DNA of 39,699 nucleotides from a virus (IMGVR_UViG_3300028072_000012:1-39699); one strand, 5' to 3'. Shown: positions 7,146 to 14,441, numbered from the stretch's first letter. Notes: generated from the sequence alone by a model not told the origin. A program made the numbers and translations.

Positions 7146-7511
7146 ATGAAACGCATCACCGGCGCGATCATCGCAGCCGCCATAGCATGCCTGGCCATGG
7201 CCGGCTGCTCCACCACCAACCATGACAGCGGCAACCCCACCTACGACATCGTGCTCCACTGGTGGCGCGTCGAAACACCCCCGTCAGTCGTGACCGAGTT
7301 CTTCGCCTGCTTCGACACCACCGGCCTGTGGCTCGACCAGGCTGACGGCAACATCTCCACCACCCCAAACGACCCTATGTGCCCCAAGAACGGCCAGCCG
7401 TACAGACTAGTCAAGAGAAGCGGCACGGACCCCGCAGTCGACGTTGGCGGGTTCCGTATCGTCCCCCCTGACAAGACCGGCCTTTACCAGACAGTCAACG
7501 GAAGAGTCTGA
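7146..7511 (+). CDS. lipoprotein
   Basis: MKR + hydrophobic helix + lipobox (LAMAG-C). Confidence 0.8.
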   Translation: MKRITGAIIAAAIACLAMAGCSTTNHDSGNPTYDIVLHWWRVETPPSVVTEFFACFDTTGLWLDQADGNISTTPNDPMCPKNGQPYRLVKRSGTDPAVDVGGFRIVPPDKTGLYQTVNGRV

Positions 7512-7635
7512 GGAGACAGATGAGAGCACCGCACGATATCCTCTGTGATAAAAAGTGCCGCTGCCGGGCCTGCCTGGACGGCAACTGCTCAATGTGCGCC
7601 CACGGAGGCCACTAACCTTGCCTGACACGATCCCG

Positions 7636-7764
7636 ATGACCTGCCTGCACTGCGGAAGCCCCAAGCTCAAGGTGCACTGCCCTAACGTGCAGTGCACCTG
7701 GCTGCGATGCGACGCATGCGGCAAGCTGACCCGGGTACAGGACATCCCTGCCCCCGGAACATGA
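7636..7764 (+). CDS. zinc-finger microprotein
   Basis: CLHC, CPNVQC and CDAC in 42 aa; start uncertain. Confidence 0.5.
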   Translation: MTCLHCGSPKLKVHCPNVQCTWLRCDACGKLTRVQDIPAPGT

Positions 7765-7834
7765 CGGTATGGCCGAGAGGCTCAGGCGCACGCCTGCAAA
7801 GCGTGATACACCAGTTCGATTCTGGTTACCGTCT
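7763..7834 (+). tRNA. tRNA-Cys(GCA)
   Basis: GACGGTA/TACCGTC; CACGC-CTGCAAA-GCGTG; U73. Confidence 0.92.
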
Positions 7835-7908
7835 CGGAGCCCCCGCCACCCGGACATCCTCCACCCCGTTTAAGGGATGTGCCGTTGCGAGGCGGGGGCT
7901 TCCCCTAT

Positions 7909-7977
7909 GCTCCTGATACCGGATGTATTCCGGCTCCTCCTAAGAGCTGGTCCCAGGTCCGACTCCTGGCAGGAGCA
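7909..7977 (+). tRNA. tRNA-Arg(CCT), short atypical D-arm
   Basis: GCTCCTG/CAGGAGC; GCTC-CTCCTAA-GAGC; CCAGG-TCCGACT-CCTGG. Confidence 0.72.
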
Positions 7978-8001
7978 CCCCCGCTAGCGTTGACGAAAGA
8001 C

Positions 8002-8030
8002 TTGACGTTGACGTATGGCGGGTATATAAT
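8002..8030 (+). promoter_or_regulatory. near-consensus sigma70/SigA promoter of the RAMP-like operon
   Basis: TTGACG(8002-8007)-17 nt-TATAAT(8025-8030); extra TTGACG copies at 7990 and 8008. Confidence 0.85.
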
Positions 8031-8084
8031 TATGCCTGAACGGAACACGAGAACATAACCTCGAACCCGATGAAAGAAGGAACA

Positions 8085-8813
8085 ATGACAACCACCGCCC
8101 GCACAGCGGCGGCCCGCCCCGGACCCGACAACCCGGTCAACCCGATCCTTGTCGTCTCCCGCATCCCCACCACCACGATGTACGTGCCCATCATCGGCAC
8201 ATCACCCCTCATCGTGAGCAAGTTCAGCACCAAAGCCAAGCAGCAGATGCTTGACGCCCAGCAGGGACGCAAGTCCCCCAAGAAGCTCCGCGACCCCGAG
8301 CGCGAGTACCTCGACAGCATGTACACCGGCCTTGACGGCACCGGCAAGCAGCTCTACGGCTTCCCCGTCACCGGCTTCAAGGCAGCCACCGTGTCCGCCG
8401 CCCGCTTCTACGGCAAGGACGTCAAGATGACCGAGCTGCGCCAGTTCATCTTCATGAAGGGCCGCTTCTTCCCCGAGGAAGGCCAGCAGCTCGCCGTGGT
8501 CAACGGAACCCCGCACATCCGCGAGGACTACGTGCGCCTCGCCGGCGCAGGCCGCCCCGCTGACCTCCGCTACCGTGCCGAGTTCACCGACTGGAGCACA
8601 GTCCTGGAAGTCACCTACGTCAGCTCACTGCTGTCGAAGGAATCCGTCCTGTCCCTCATCGACGCCGGCGGTTTCGGTGTCGGCGTAGGCGAATGGCGTC
8701 CCGAGCACCGGGGCGAGTTCGGCACCTACACCATCGATGAGAGCCGCGACTCCGAGCAGGCCAAGGCGTGGATCGACGCACTGGAAGCCGCCGACAAGGT
8801 GACCGTCAAGTGA
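8085..8813 (+). CDS. stand-alone RAMP/Cas7-like RNA-binding protein (putative effector of the GGY-NN arrays)
   Basis: RAMP-like motifs in order: IIGTSPLIV, YGFPVTGFKAA, thumb-like REDYVRL...LRYRAEF, C-terminal Gly-rich loop AGGFGVGVGEWRPEHRGEFGTY; AAGGA RBS. Confidence 0.75.
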   Translation: MTTTARTAAARPGPDNPVNPILVVSRIPTTTMYVPIIGTSPLIVSKFSTKAKQQMLDAQQGRKSPKKLRDPEREYLDSMYTGLDGTGKQLYGFPVTGFKAATVSAARFYGKDVKMTELRQFIFMKGRFFPEEGQQLAVVNGTPHIREDYVRLAGAGRPADLRYRAEFTDWSTVLEVTYVSSLLSKESVLSLIDAGGFGVGVGEWRPEHRGEFGTYTIDESRDSEQAKAWIDALEAADKVTVK

Positions 8814-9265
8814 GCGAGCCCACCGAGAAGATCAGCAACCTTCGCGATGAGCTGCTGCGGATCAGGGCAGAGTACGGCGAGCTGACGGCGGAGACGATCG
8901 TCGCCGCAGCCACCTCCGAGTCCAGCGCGATCCATAGTCAGTTCGAGTGGGATGACTCGGAAGCAGCCCACCAGTACCGTCTCAACCAGGCGCGGCGGCT
9001 GGTCAAGATCGTCAAGGAGCCGTATGTGCGGCCGACTGGCGAGCAGGGCAAGGTCCGGTTTTTCCACGCGACCCAGGACGACAATCGGACGGTTTACAAC
9101 CCTTTGTCCGAAATCGTTCAGGACCCGATCGCCTCGCAAATCCTGCTGAGGCAGGCGGAGCGCGAGTGGCGGGCACTGTGGGCAAGATACCAGCACCTGT
9201 CCGAATTCGTGGACATCGTGCGGGGTGTCGTCCAGGTGACTGAGCCGACCGATGAGGCCGACTAA
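8810..9265 (+). CDS. phage protein coupled to the RAMP-like gene (putative accessory factor)
   Basis: GTGA start/stop overlap; motif IHSQFEWDDSEAAHQYRLNQARRLV. Confidence 0.8.
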   Translation: MSEPTEKISNLRDELLRIRAEYGELTAETIVAAATSESSAIHSQFEWDDSEAAHQYRLNQARRLVKIVKEPYVRPTGEQGKVRFFHATQDDNRTVYNPLSEIVQDPIASQILLRQAEREWRALWARYQHLSEFVDIVRGVVQVTEPTDEAD

Positions 9266-9283
9266 GTCAAGTAGATCAGAGAG

Positions 9284-9313
9284 GAGGGGGATGACCTTCA
9301 GGTTGTCCCCCTC
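9284..9313 (+). other. hairpin leader upstream of array 1
   Basis: GAGGGGGATGACC-TTCA-GGTTGTCCCCCTC, 13-bp stem with 2 G:U pairs. Confidence 0.8.
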
Positions 9314-9323
9314 TCATCTCTCA

Positions 9324-10272
9324 GGTACGGCAGGTACGGCTCGGCGTGATAGCGCGGGGTCTGGCTAGGTACGGCGTGGTCGGGTCCGGTTCGGTTCGGC
9401 AGGTGTGGTAACGCTGGGTGAGGTCAGTCAGGGTAAGTCAAGGTACGGCAGGTAAGGCAAGGATTGGCCCGGAGGGTTCAGGTCAGGCACGGCAGGTCAG
9501 GTGCGGCTGGGCATGGTGCGGCTGGGCGCGGCAAGGTCCGGTACGGCAGGTAAGGCTGGGCAAGGTCAGTCAGGGTAGGTCAAGGTACGGCAGGTGAAGC
9601 AAGGCGAGGTATGGAAGGGTAATGCGAGGTCTGGTCCGGCAGGTTAGGCTCGGCAGGGTGTGGTCAGGACAGGTCGGGTACGGCAGGTGCGGCTCGGACA
9701 GGTCTGGCAAGGTGCGGCTAGGTGTGGCGTGGCAGGTAAGGCGGGGCGGGTTTTCGCGTGGTAGTGCATGGTTAGGTGCGGCAGGTCAGGCAAGGCGGTG
9801 CGGGGTATCGCTTGGCAGGGCAGGGCAGGCATGGTGCGGTTACGCAGGGTACGGCGCGGCATGGCAGGCAAGGCAAGGCCCGGTTCGGTCGGGTGAGGTC
9901 CGGCAACGCAGGCGTGGTTTCGTCGGGTTCGGCAGGTCTGGCACGGCATGGTGAGGTGCGGTACGGCGTCGTACGGTCTGGCTGGGTACGGCAGGTGAGG
10001 CGTGGCATCGTGACGTCAGGAATGGCTTCGCACGGCAGGTGAGGCTTGTCCAGGAATGGTCAGGAATGGTTAGGCGCGGCAGGCACGGTACGGCGCGGCA
10101 CAGTACGGCAGGGCACGGCAGGGCAGGCAAGGCACGGCTTGGACTGGTTTCGCAAGTTGATGTCCGGCAACGCAGGTATGGCTTCGTTAGGTCCGGCACA
10201 GTAATGCTGGGTTTGGCATGGCAGGCACGGCATGGCTCGGTGAGGCCGGGTATGGTCACGTACGGCCGGTAA
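9324..10272 (+). repeat. Array 1: 20 units of (GGY-NN)4-13 + GGCA delimiter; putative guide-RNA array
   Basis: Manual parse 9333-10267: 171 pentamers in perfect phase; unit lengths 69,49,44,54,44,49,44,49,49,44,39,44,24,59,44,44,44,49,49,44 (all 5n+4). Confidence 0.95.
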
Positions 10273-10275
10273 AAC

Positions 10276-10317
10276 AGAAGAGGCTCGTCCCCCTCTCCAC
10301 GGGGACGAGCCTCTTCT
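10276..10317. terminator. probable bidirectional terminator
   Basis: Perfect 17-bp inverted repeat AGAAGAGGCTCGTCCCC/GGGGACGAGCCTCTTCT between the convergent array and lysis genes. Confidence 0.85.
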
Positions 10318-10330
10318 TGTGCAGGGGGAA

Positions 10331-10681
10331 TTACGCAGGCCGGACACCCGCCGACGGGCTCACGTTCGCCCGGAAAACCAGTCCCAAGACACCAGACAGG
10401 ATAGCAGCACCGGCACCGATCTCCGCCGCACTCAGATGCAACCCGAACGCAGCAGCAGCAACCGCGATAGTCGACACCCCGCCCACCAGCACCGACACCT
10501 CAACCGGCTTCGTAGTAACAGCAGTGAAAATCACCGTCACAGCCGTCAGAACAGTCGTGACAGCGGCTTCCTGAGTGCTCGAAATGTGAAACACATTCCC
10601 GAGGAGAACAGCCAGCCCCCCGTTCAGAGCCCACGCCAGAATAGCTGGCTCATAACGCCACAGTTTCTCAATAAAGGACAT
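10331..10681 (-). CDS. holin-like membrane protein
   Basis: About 4 hydrophobic helices, EPA motif, last gene of the lysis cassette, AAGGAG RBS. Confidence 0.7.
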   Translation of the reverse strand: MSFIEKLWRYEPAILAWALNGGLAVLLGNVFHISSTQEAAVTTVLTAVTVIFTAVTTKPVEVSVLVGGVSTIAVAAAAFGLHLSAAEIGAGAAILSGVLGLVFRANVSPSAGVRPA

Positions 10682-10690
10682 GACATCTCC

Positions 10691-11431
10691 TTATGATGTC
10701 AGAGCGCCCAGGTCAGCCTGCAAGGCAGCCAGGTTAATACCACGGCCATCATCACCCTTAGACACAATCTCACCGGGAATGACAGCCCATGCCTCATCCG
10801 AGATGTAATGCCAGCACGCATAAGTAATCGGCTGGACCTTCCCCCAGGTGATGCAGTAAAGATACTTAGAGTCGTACCCAACTACTGGAACGCAGTGCCC
10901 GCCCACAGTCTGGGAGAACAAGTCGTCCAGGTCCCATGAATCACCCTTGGCGTACGCCTGCTGCATAGCAGCCGTCACCTTGATGCCGGTGTACGCGAAA
11001 TCATAGGCGTCCACCGCAAAATGCAGTGTCGGGATGTCATGCACGGCCACCGGCGCGTAAGCAGCAACGGAATGACCAAAAAAACCATTCTGATGAACGT
11101 AACCTAGGAAATCGGAAAGGACAACGCCAGTGTCCTGCCCGCCGGTGTACCCCAAGTAATACTGGACGACCTCATCGGATGACGGGAAAGACTCAGTTTC
11201 GCCGGTTACCGATGCGGCAACCATGAATCCGTGATCAATTCCCGCGACACCGCAGTCACCGTAACTGTCATTCCCGAGCATTCCCCACGGGGTGCCGTCC
11301 GACTGCGCCGGCACTACGGGAACGTCCACTTTCGGCGGGGCCTGCGGGAGAGTGCCGGCCCGGTAAAAATCAAGGAAGCGCAGGCCGACCGGGATACTCC
11401 CCGGGAGCCTTCCGAACTTCAGGTCAGGCAC
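10691..11431 (-). CDS. papain-like (C1 clan) cysteine peptidase
   Basis: GNDSYGDC (Cys) ... GGHCVPVVGYD ... ITWG pattern. Confidence 0.7.
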   Translation of the reverse strand: MPDLKFGRLPGSIPVGLRFLDFYRAGTLPQAPPKVDVPVVPAQSDGTPWGMLGNDSYGDCGVAGIDHGFMVAASVTGETESFPSSDEVVQYYLGYTGGQDTGVVLSDFLGYVHQNGFFGHSVAAYAPVAVHDIPTLHFAVDAYDFAYTGIKVTAAMQQAYAKGDSWDLDDLFSQTVGGHCVPVVGYDSKYLYCITWGKVQPITYACWHYISDEAWAVIPGEIVSKGDDGRGINLAALQADLGALTS

Positions 11432-11464
11432 ACATCTCCTTGCTGTAGAATGTCAATGCAACTA

Positions 11465-11542
11465 GGTACGGTGACGCAGGTATGGCATGGCAAGTTCCGT
11501 CCAGGCACGGCTAGGTGCGGTAGGGTGTGGCCGGTTCGGTGG
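11465..11542 (+). repeat. Array 2: single orphan GGY-NN unit (10 pentamers)
   Basis: GGTAC GGTGA CGCA, 10 pentamers at 11479-11528, then GGCC; intergenic, antisense to lysis genes. Confidence 0.85.
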
Positions 11543-11709
11543 ATGCGCGATGCAGATGGATAAGAAACGCTGTCAGCATCGCGCATTCCAGCCAGCGATG
11601 TCTCCGACAGATACGCGAGATAGTCGGAGTTCGCCTAGTACCCAGAGCGAACACTTCATAGCTGCAGCCAGCCGCGACGGCAATTTTGAATGCCCCCTCA
11701 GCTGTCACA

Positions 11710-12729
11710 CTAAGCCGTCTCGAATTTGACGCTTGCGTAAGTGTGCGGCCGGATCTGCGTCCCGTGAGGACCAGACGCGACCACATGAGCGATAAAAGCT
11801 TTGCCCTGCTCCAGGGAACCGCCCTGGAAAGAAGTCGCAACGACTTTCCTGGGATAGGACGACACCATTTTCCCGGTCGTCTCATCGTAAATTTCCACGA
11901 TGTACTCCGCCGGGGCAGGCAGCCCCTCGGTTCCCGGCGGCTTCCAGCTCAGCAGCACGCTCGTGTGCCCGCCTCGTGCCCTGAGGTTCGTAGGCGGCCC
12001 ATACGTAGGATCTGACGGAGGCTGAACCGCCAGATCCTGCCACAGCACCTCGTCCACGACGGGTGCTACAGGCAGGCCCAGGAGCTGCTGAGCCATCGTC
12101 ACCGCAATGGACGTCTTCGGCCCCCAATCTCCGTCCGGGACCAGCGCAGGACCGATATGCCAGGCGTTGATCCTCTGCTGCAAAGTCAGCACCGCAGGAC
12201 CCGTGTCACCCGGGAACACCGGCCATGGCGGGGAGAAGAAATCATCATTCAGGATCGACTGGTCAAGGTTCCTGCCCAGTGCTGTGCTCGTCCATTGCGT
12301 GCCGTCCGCGTTAACGCTCATCAGCCCGCAAGAATGCGGCCCGCAGATATGCTGCCCCTGCCCGTAATGGGCGCTCCACAAGCGCACCTCACCCCGGGGG
12401 AACCCGGCTTCCTTGAGAATCGGCAAAATGTCAGATTCCATCACGCTCGCGGACGCATACAGGCACGGGCGGGGTATGCCCCGTGCTTTCTGCCGGGCAT
12501 ACCAGGCGGCAGCTGACTGGGGAGTCGCCGCGCCGTTCTCAATGTCCAAGCAGTACGCATCATGAGCAGGGTTCAGTGCGATCGACAGATGATAAGCATG
12601 AGTGAAATTGTTCACCAGCCACTGAAAGTTCGGCTGATCCTGAATGCCGCCGTCAACATAGCCGGCGACAGCCTGGGCGTTGCCGGGGAACTCGCTGTTC
12701 GTTGCCGAGTCGAACATGATGATGCTCAT
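11710..12729 (-). CDS. endolysin (GH25/DUF1906-like glycosidase + peptidoglycan-binding + FN3-like)
   Basis: CLDIENG, PCLYAS, LWSAHY, QWTS..LDQS; GDTGPAVLTLQQRIN..DGDWGPKT binding domain. Confidence 0.8.
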   Translation of the reverse strand: MSIIMFDSATNSEFPGNAQAVAGYVDGGIQDQPNFQWLVNNFTHAYHLSIALNPAHDAYCLDIENGAATPQSAAAWYARQKARGIPRPCLYASASVMESDILPILKEAGFPRGEVRLWSAHYGQGQHICGPHSCGLMSVNADGTQWTSTALGRNLDQSILNDDFFSPPWPVFPGDTGPAVLTLQQRINAWHIGPALVPDGDWGPKTSIAVTMAQQLLGLPVAPVVDEVLWQDLAVQPPSDPTYGPPTNLRARGGHTSVLLSWKPPGTEGLPAPAEYIVEIYDETTGKMVSSYPRKVVATSFQGGSLEQGKAFIAHVVASGPHGTQIRPHTYASVKFETA

Positions 12730-13208
12730 CTAGTTTTAACCTTTCCCGCAGCAGCCAGGAGCCTGTCCAGTTTCTCATTCAAGATCGCTATGCCTCCTTC
12801 AGTGTCCAGGTTCAGCCTGTCAACGACAATCTCCGAATCCTCGAACGTTTTCACTGCCCGCACATCACTGGCTTCCTGCTGCACATTCTGACCGACCATA
12901 ATGACGGAAAGCAAGACGAGCTGCAGGAAAGTCTGCGCGATCCACGCGACCAGTGCGATAAGCCCAGCCTGGATCAGCCACTGCGGGAACCAGTGCACAT
13001 GAAATGCGGTGGCGATAACAGCAGGGAGGCTGGTGAAAGCGAGCAGTGCGAACGCGTAAGCGCACCACATCGACCCCACAACACGGGTGACCGCGATGGC
13101 AACCTGCTTGTTGACACGCTGCATGAAAGTGCCGGACGGCAGATGATCGACGGTACGCGTATGCACCGGGTGGCCGAGACGCGTCCACCCGAAATGCGGT
13201 TCTTTCAC
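12726..13208 (-). CDS. DUF1003-like membrane protein
   Basis: VGSMWCAYAF...WIAQTFLQLVLLSVIMVGQNVQ; GTG start at 13208 overlaps upstream stop. Confidence 0.7.
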   Translation of the reverse strand: MKEPHFGWTRLGHPVHTRTVDHLPSGTFMQRVNKQVAIAVTRVVGSMWCAYAFALLAFTSLPAVIATAFHVHWFPQWLIQAGLIALVAWIAQTFLQLVLLSVIMVGQNVQQEASDVRAVKTFEDSEIVVDRLNLDTEGGIAILNEKLDRLLAAAGKVKTR

Positions 13209-13351
13209 GCGCTCGGGTACCTTCCCGCGAGTGCCATGCACAGGAACCCGATCAGCATGAACAGAGTCCACGTCCACACGTCGTGTCCCAGGTGCCAGGC
13301 GTAGAAGATGATTGACAGCACGAACGCAACAACCCCGGCGAGATAAAACAT
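13205..13351 (-). CDS. small 2-TM membrane protein (48 aa)
   Basis: MFYLAGVVAFVLSIIFYAWHLGHDVWTWTLFMLIGFLCMALAGRYPSA; AAGGAG RBS; coupled at both ends. Confidence 0.65.
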   Translation of the reverse strand: MFYLAGVVAFVLSIIFYAWHLGHDVWTWTLFMLIGFLCMALAGRYPSA

Positions 13352-13779
13352 CACTGTTCTCCTTTGATGAGCCCCCGCACATATTTTTCAGCTTCGTAGT
13401 CGCTGGCTGTGCTGGTGTGCACCCCGCCAGGACCGCGATGGTGACTCTCGCACAGCCAGATCAGGTTGTCGGCGCTTTCTACCCATGCGCCGACGTTATC
13501 CGGGTCAGATATACCCGGATAATCCTTCTCCAGCCATGCCAGGTCCACCCCGTTCTGAAGACTGAACTCAACATGAGCATGATGAAGTTCAAGGACCCCG
13601 TGGCATTCGGAGAAGTCATTGCGGTGCTCCCCGACACTGCACTTGGCAGTGTCATGCGTCTTGCGCCGGTACTCCTCGAAGTCCTTGTAATGGGGATCAT
13701 CCCTACGAGCTGGATGAGCCGGATAGGACACCCAGTACGAATGGGCTACCTTCTGGGTATGAGCTGCGACCTCATTCAC
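13351..13779 (-). CDS. His/Cys-rich HNH-like protein
   Basis: C..LELHH...NLIWLCESHHRG..GVH pattern. Confidence 0.55.
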   Translation of the reverse strand: MNEVAAHTQKVAHSYWVSYPAHPARRDDPHYKDFEEYRRKTHDTAKCSVGEHRNDFSECHGVLELHHAHVEFSLQNGVDLAWLEKDYPGISDPDNVGAWVESADNLIWLCESHHRGPGGVHTSTASDYEAEKYVRGLIKGEQ

Positions 13780-14216
13780 ACGCCTCCGCTGTCGTCAGGC
13801 ATCCTGTTGATCTTCTTCTTGTCGTTAAAGTCCAGGTGTATGTTCACCTCGGTGAACCACAGTGCTGCCAGGGAAATCACCGCAGGGCCGGACACCTCAG
13901 TCCAGGCAACCCATCCCGGCCGGAGCATCCCGTTCCAGAACAGGAACGTCCACGCGAGCGGCCACGCCATCCAGGTGATGCCGAACGCAAGCAGTCCCAG
14001 TGACGTACCCACGGCGTTCCGCCACCATTTGTTCCCGGTTACGGTGTAACCGCCCAGAAGGATGACAGGGGAGAACGTGAGGGACACAAGCCCCCACCTG
14101 TACAGCTGCTCCTCGAACACGCCGTCATTCCGGAACCACAGTCCCAGGACAACGTAAGAAACGAGAACGACCGCGACCCCGGCCCACACCCGCCAGGTGA
14201 CCCTGCGGAAAAACAT
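13776..14216 (-). CDS. multi-pass membrane protein (putative holin)
   Basis: Four hydrophobic segments; lysis-cassette context. Confidence 0.65.
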   Translation of the reverse strand: MFFRRVTWRVWAGVAVVLVSYVVLGLWFRNDGVFEEQLYRWGLVSLTFSPVILLGGYTVTGNKWWRNAVGTSLGLLAFGITWMAWPLAWTFLFWNGMLRPGWVAWTEVSGPAVISLAALWFTEVNIHLDFNDKKKINRMPDDSGGV

Positions 14217-14249
14217 GTGATCCTCATCCCCCCTGAATGGAGTTGTTTA

Positions 14250-14441
14250 TCATTTTGGGTGGAGCTGGCCGGCGACCCTGGCAGCCCAGTGGTTCTCCTC
14301 GTAAGCGATCCGTCTTACGTCCCGCTGAAGGTGAGCCGCGTCCTCAGCCTGACGGCGGGACCTCACAGCACCTGCCCTCGCCTCCTTGATGCGCTGCTTA
14401 CGTTCAGCACGCCGAGGCCACGGAAACAGGTGCCAGTTCAC
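14250..14441 (-). CDS. small basic hypothetical protein
   Basis: Coupled to upstream membrane gene. Confidence 0.6.
   Translation of the reverse strand: MNWHLFPWPRRAERKQRIKEARAGAVRSRRQAEDAAHLQRDVRRIAYEENHWAARVAGQLHPK

Noticed and set aside
8085-9265. TIGR-Tas or retron/DGR system
   Set aside because: No Nop-domain, RuvC/HNH or reverse transcriptase motifs recognised, and no dual box-type repeats
9324-10272. Classical CRISPR array
   Set aside because: No constant 23-47-nt repeat alternating with unique spacers; the constant part is a 3-nt triplet and a 4-nt delimiter; no cas1/cas2 in the window
9324-10272. Simple microsatellite, G-quadruplex tract or replication iterons
   Set aside because: Variation is concentrated in two of five positions, unit sizes are quantised at 5n+4, and the same start motif recurs at four loci; G4 formation by GG doublets is not excluded but does not explain the punctuation
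9622-10347. Arg/Gly/Pro/Cys-rich ORFs on both strands over array 1
   Set aside because: By-products of a 5-nt periodic repeat (period not a multiple of 3); no RBS, and the frames overlap each other
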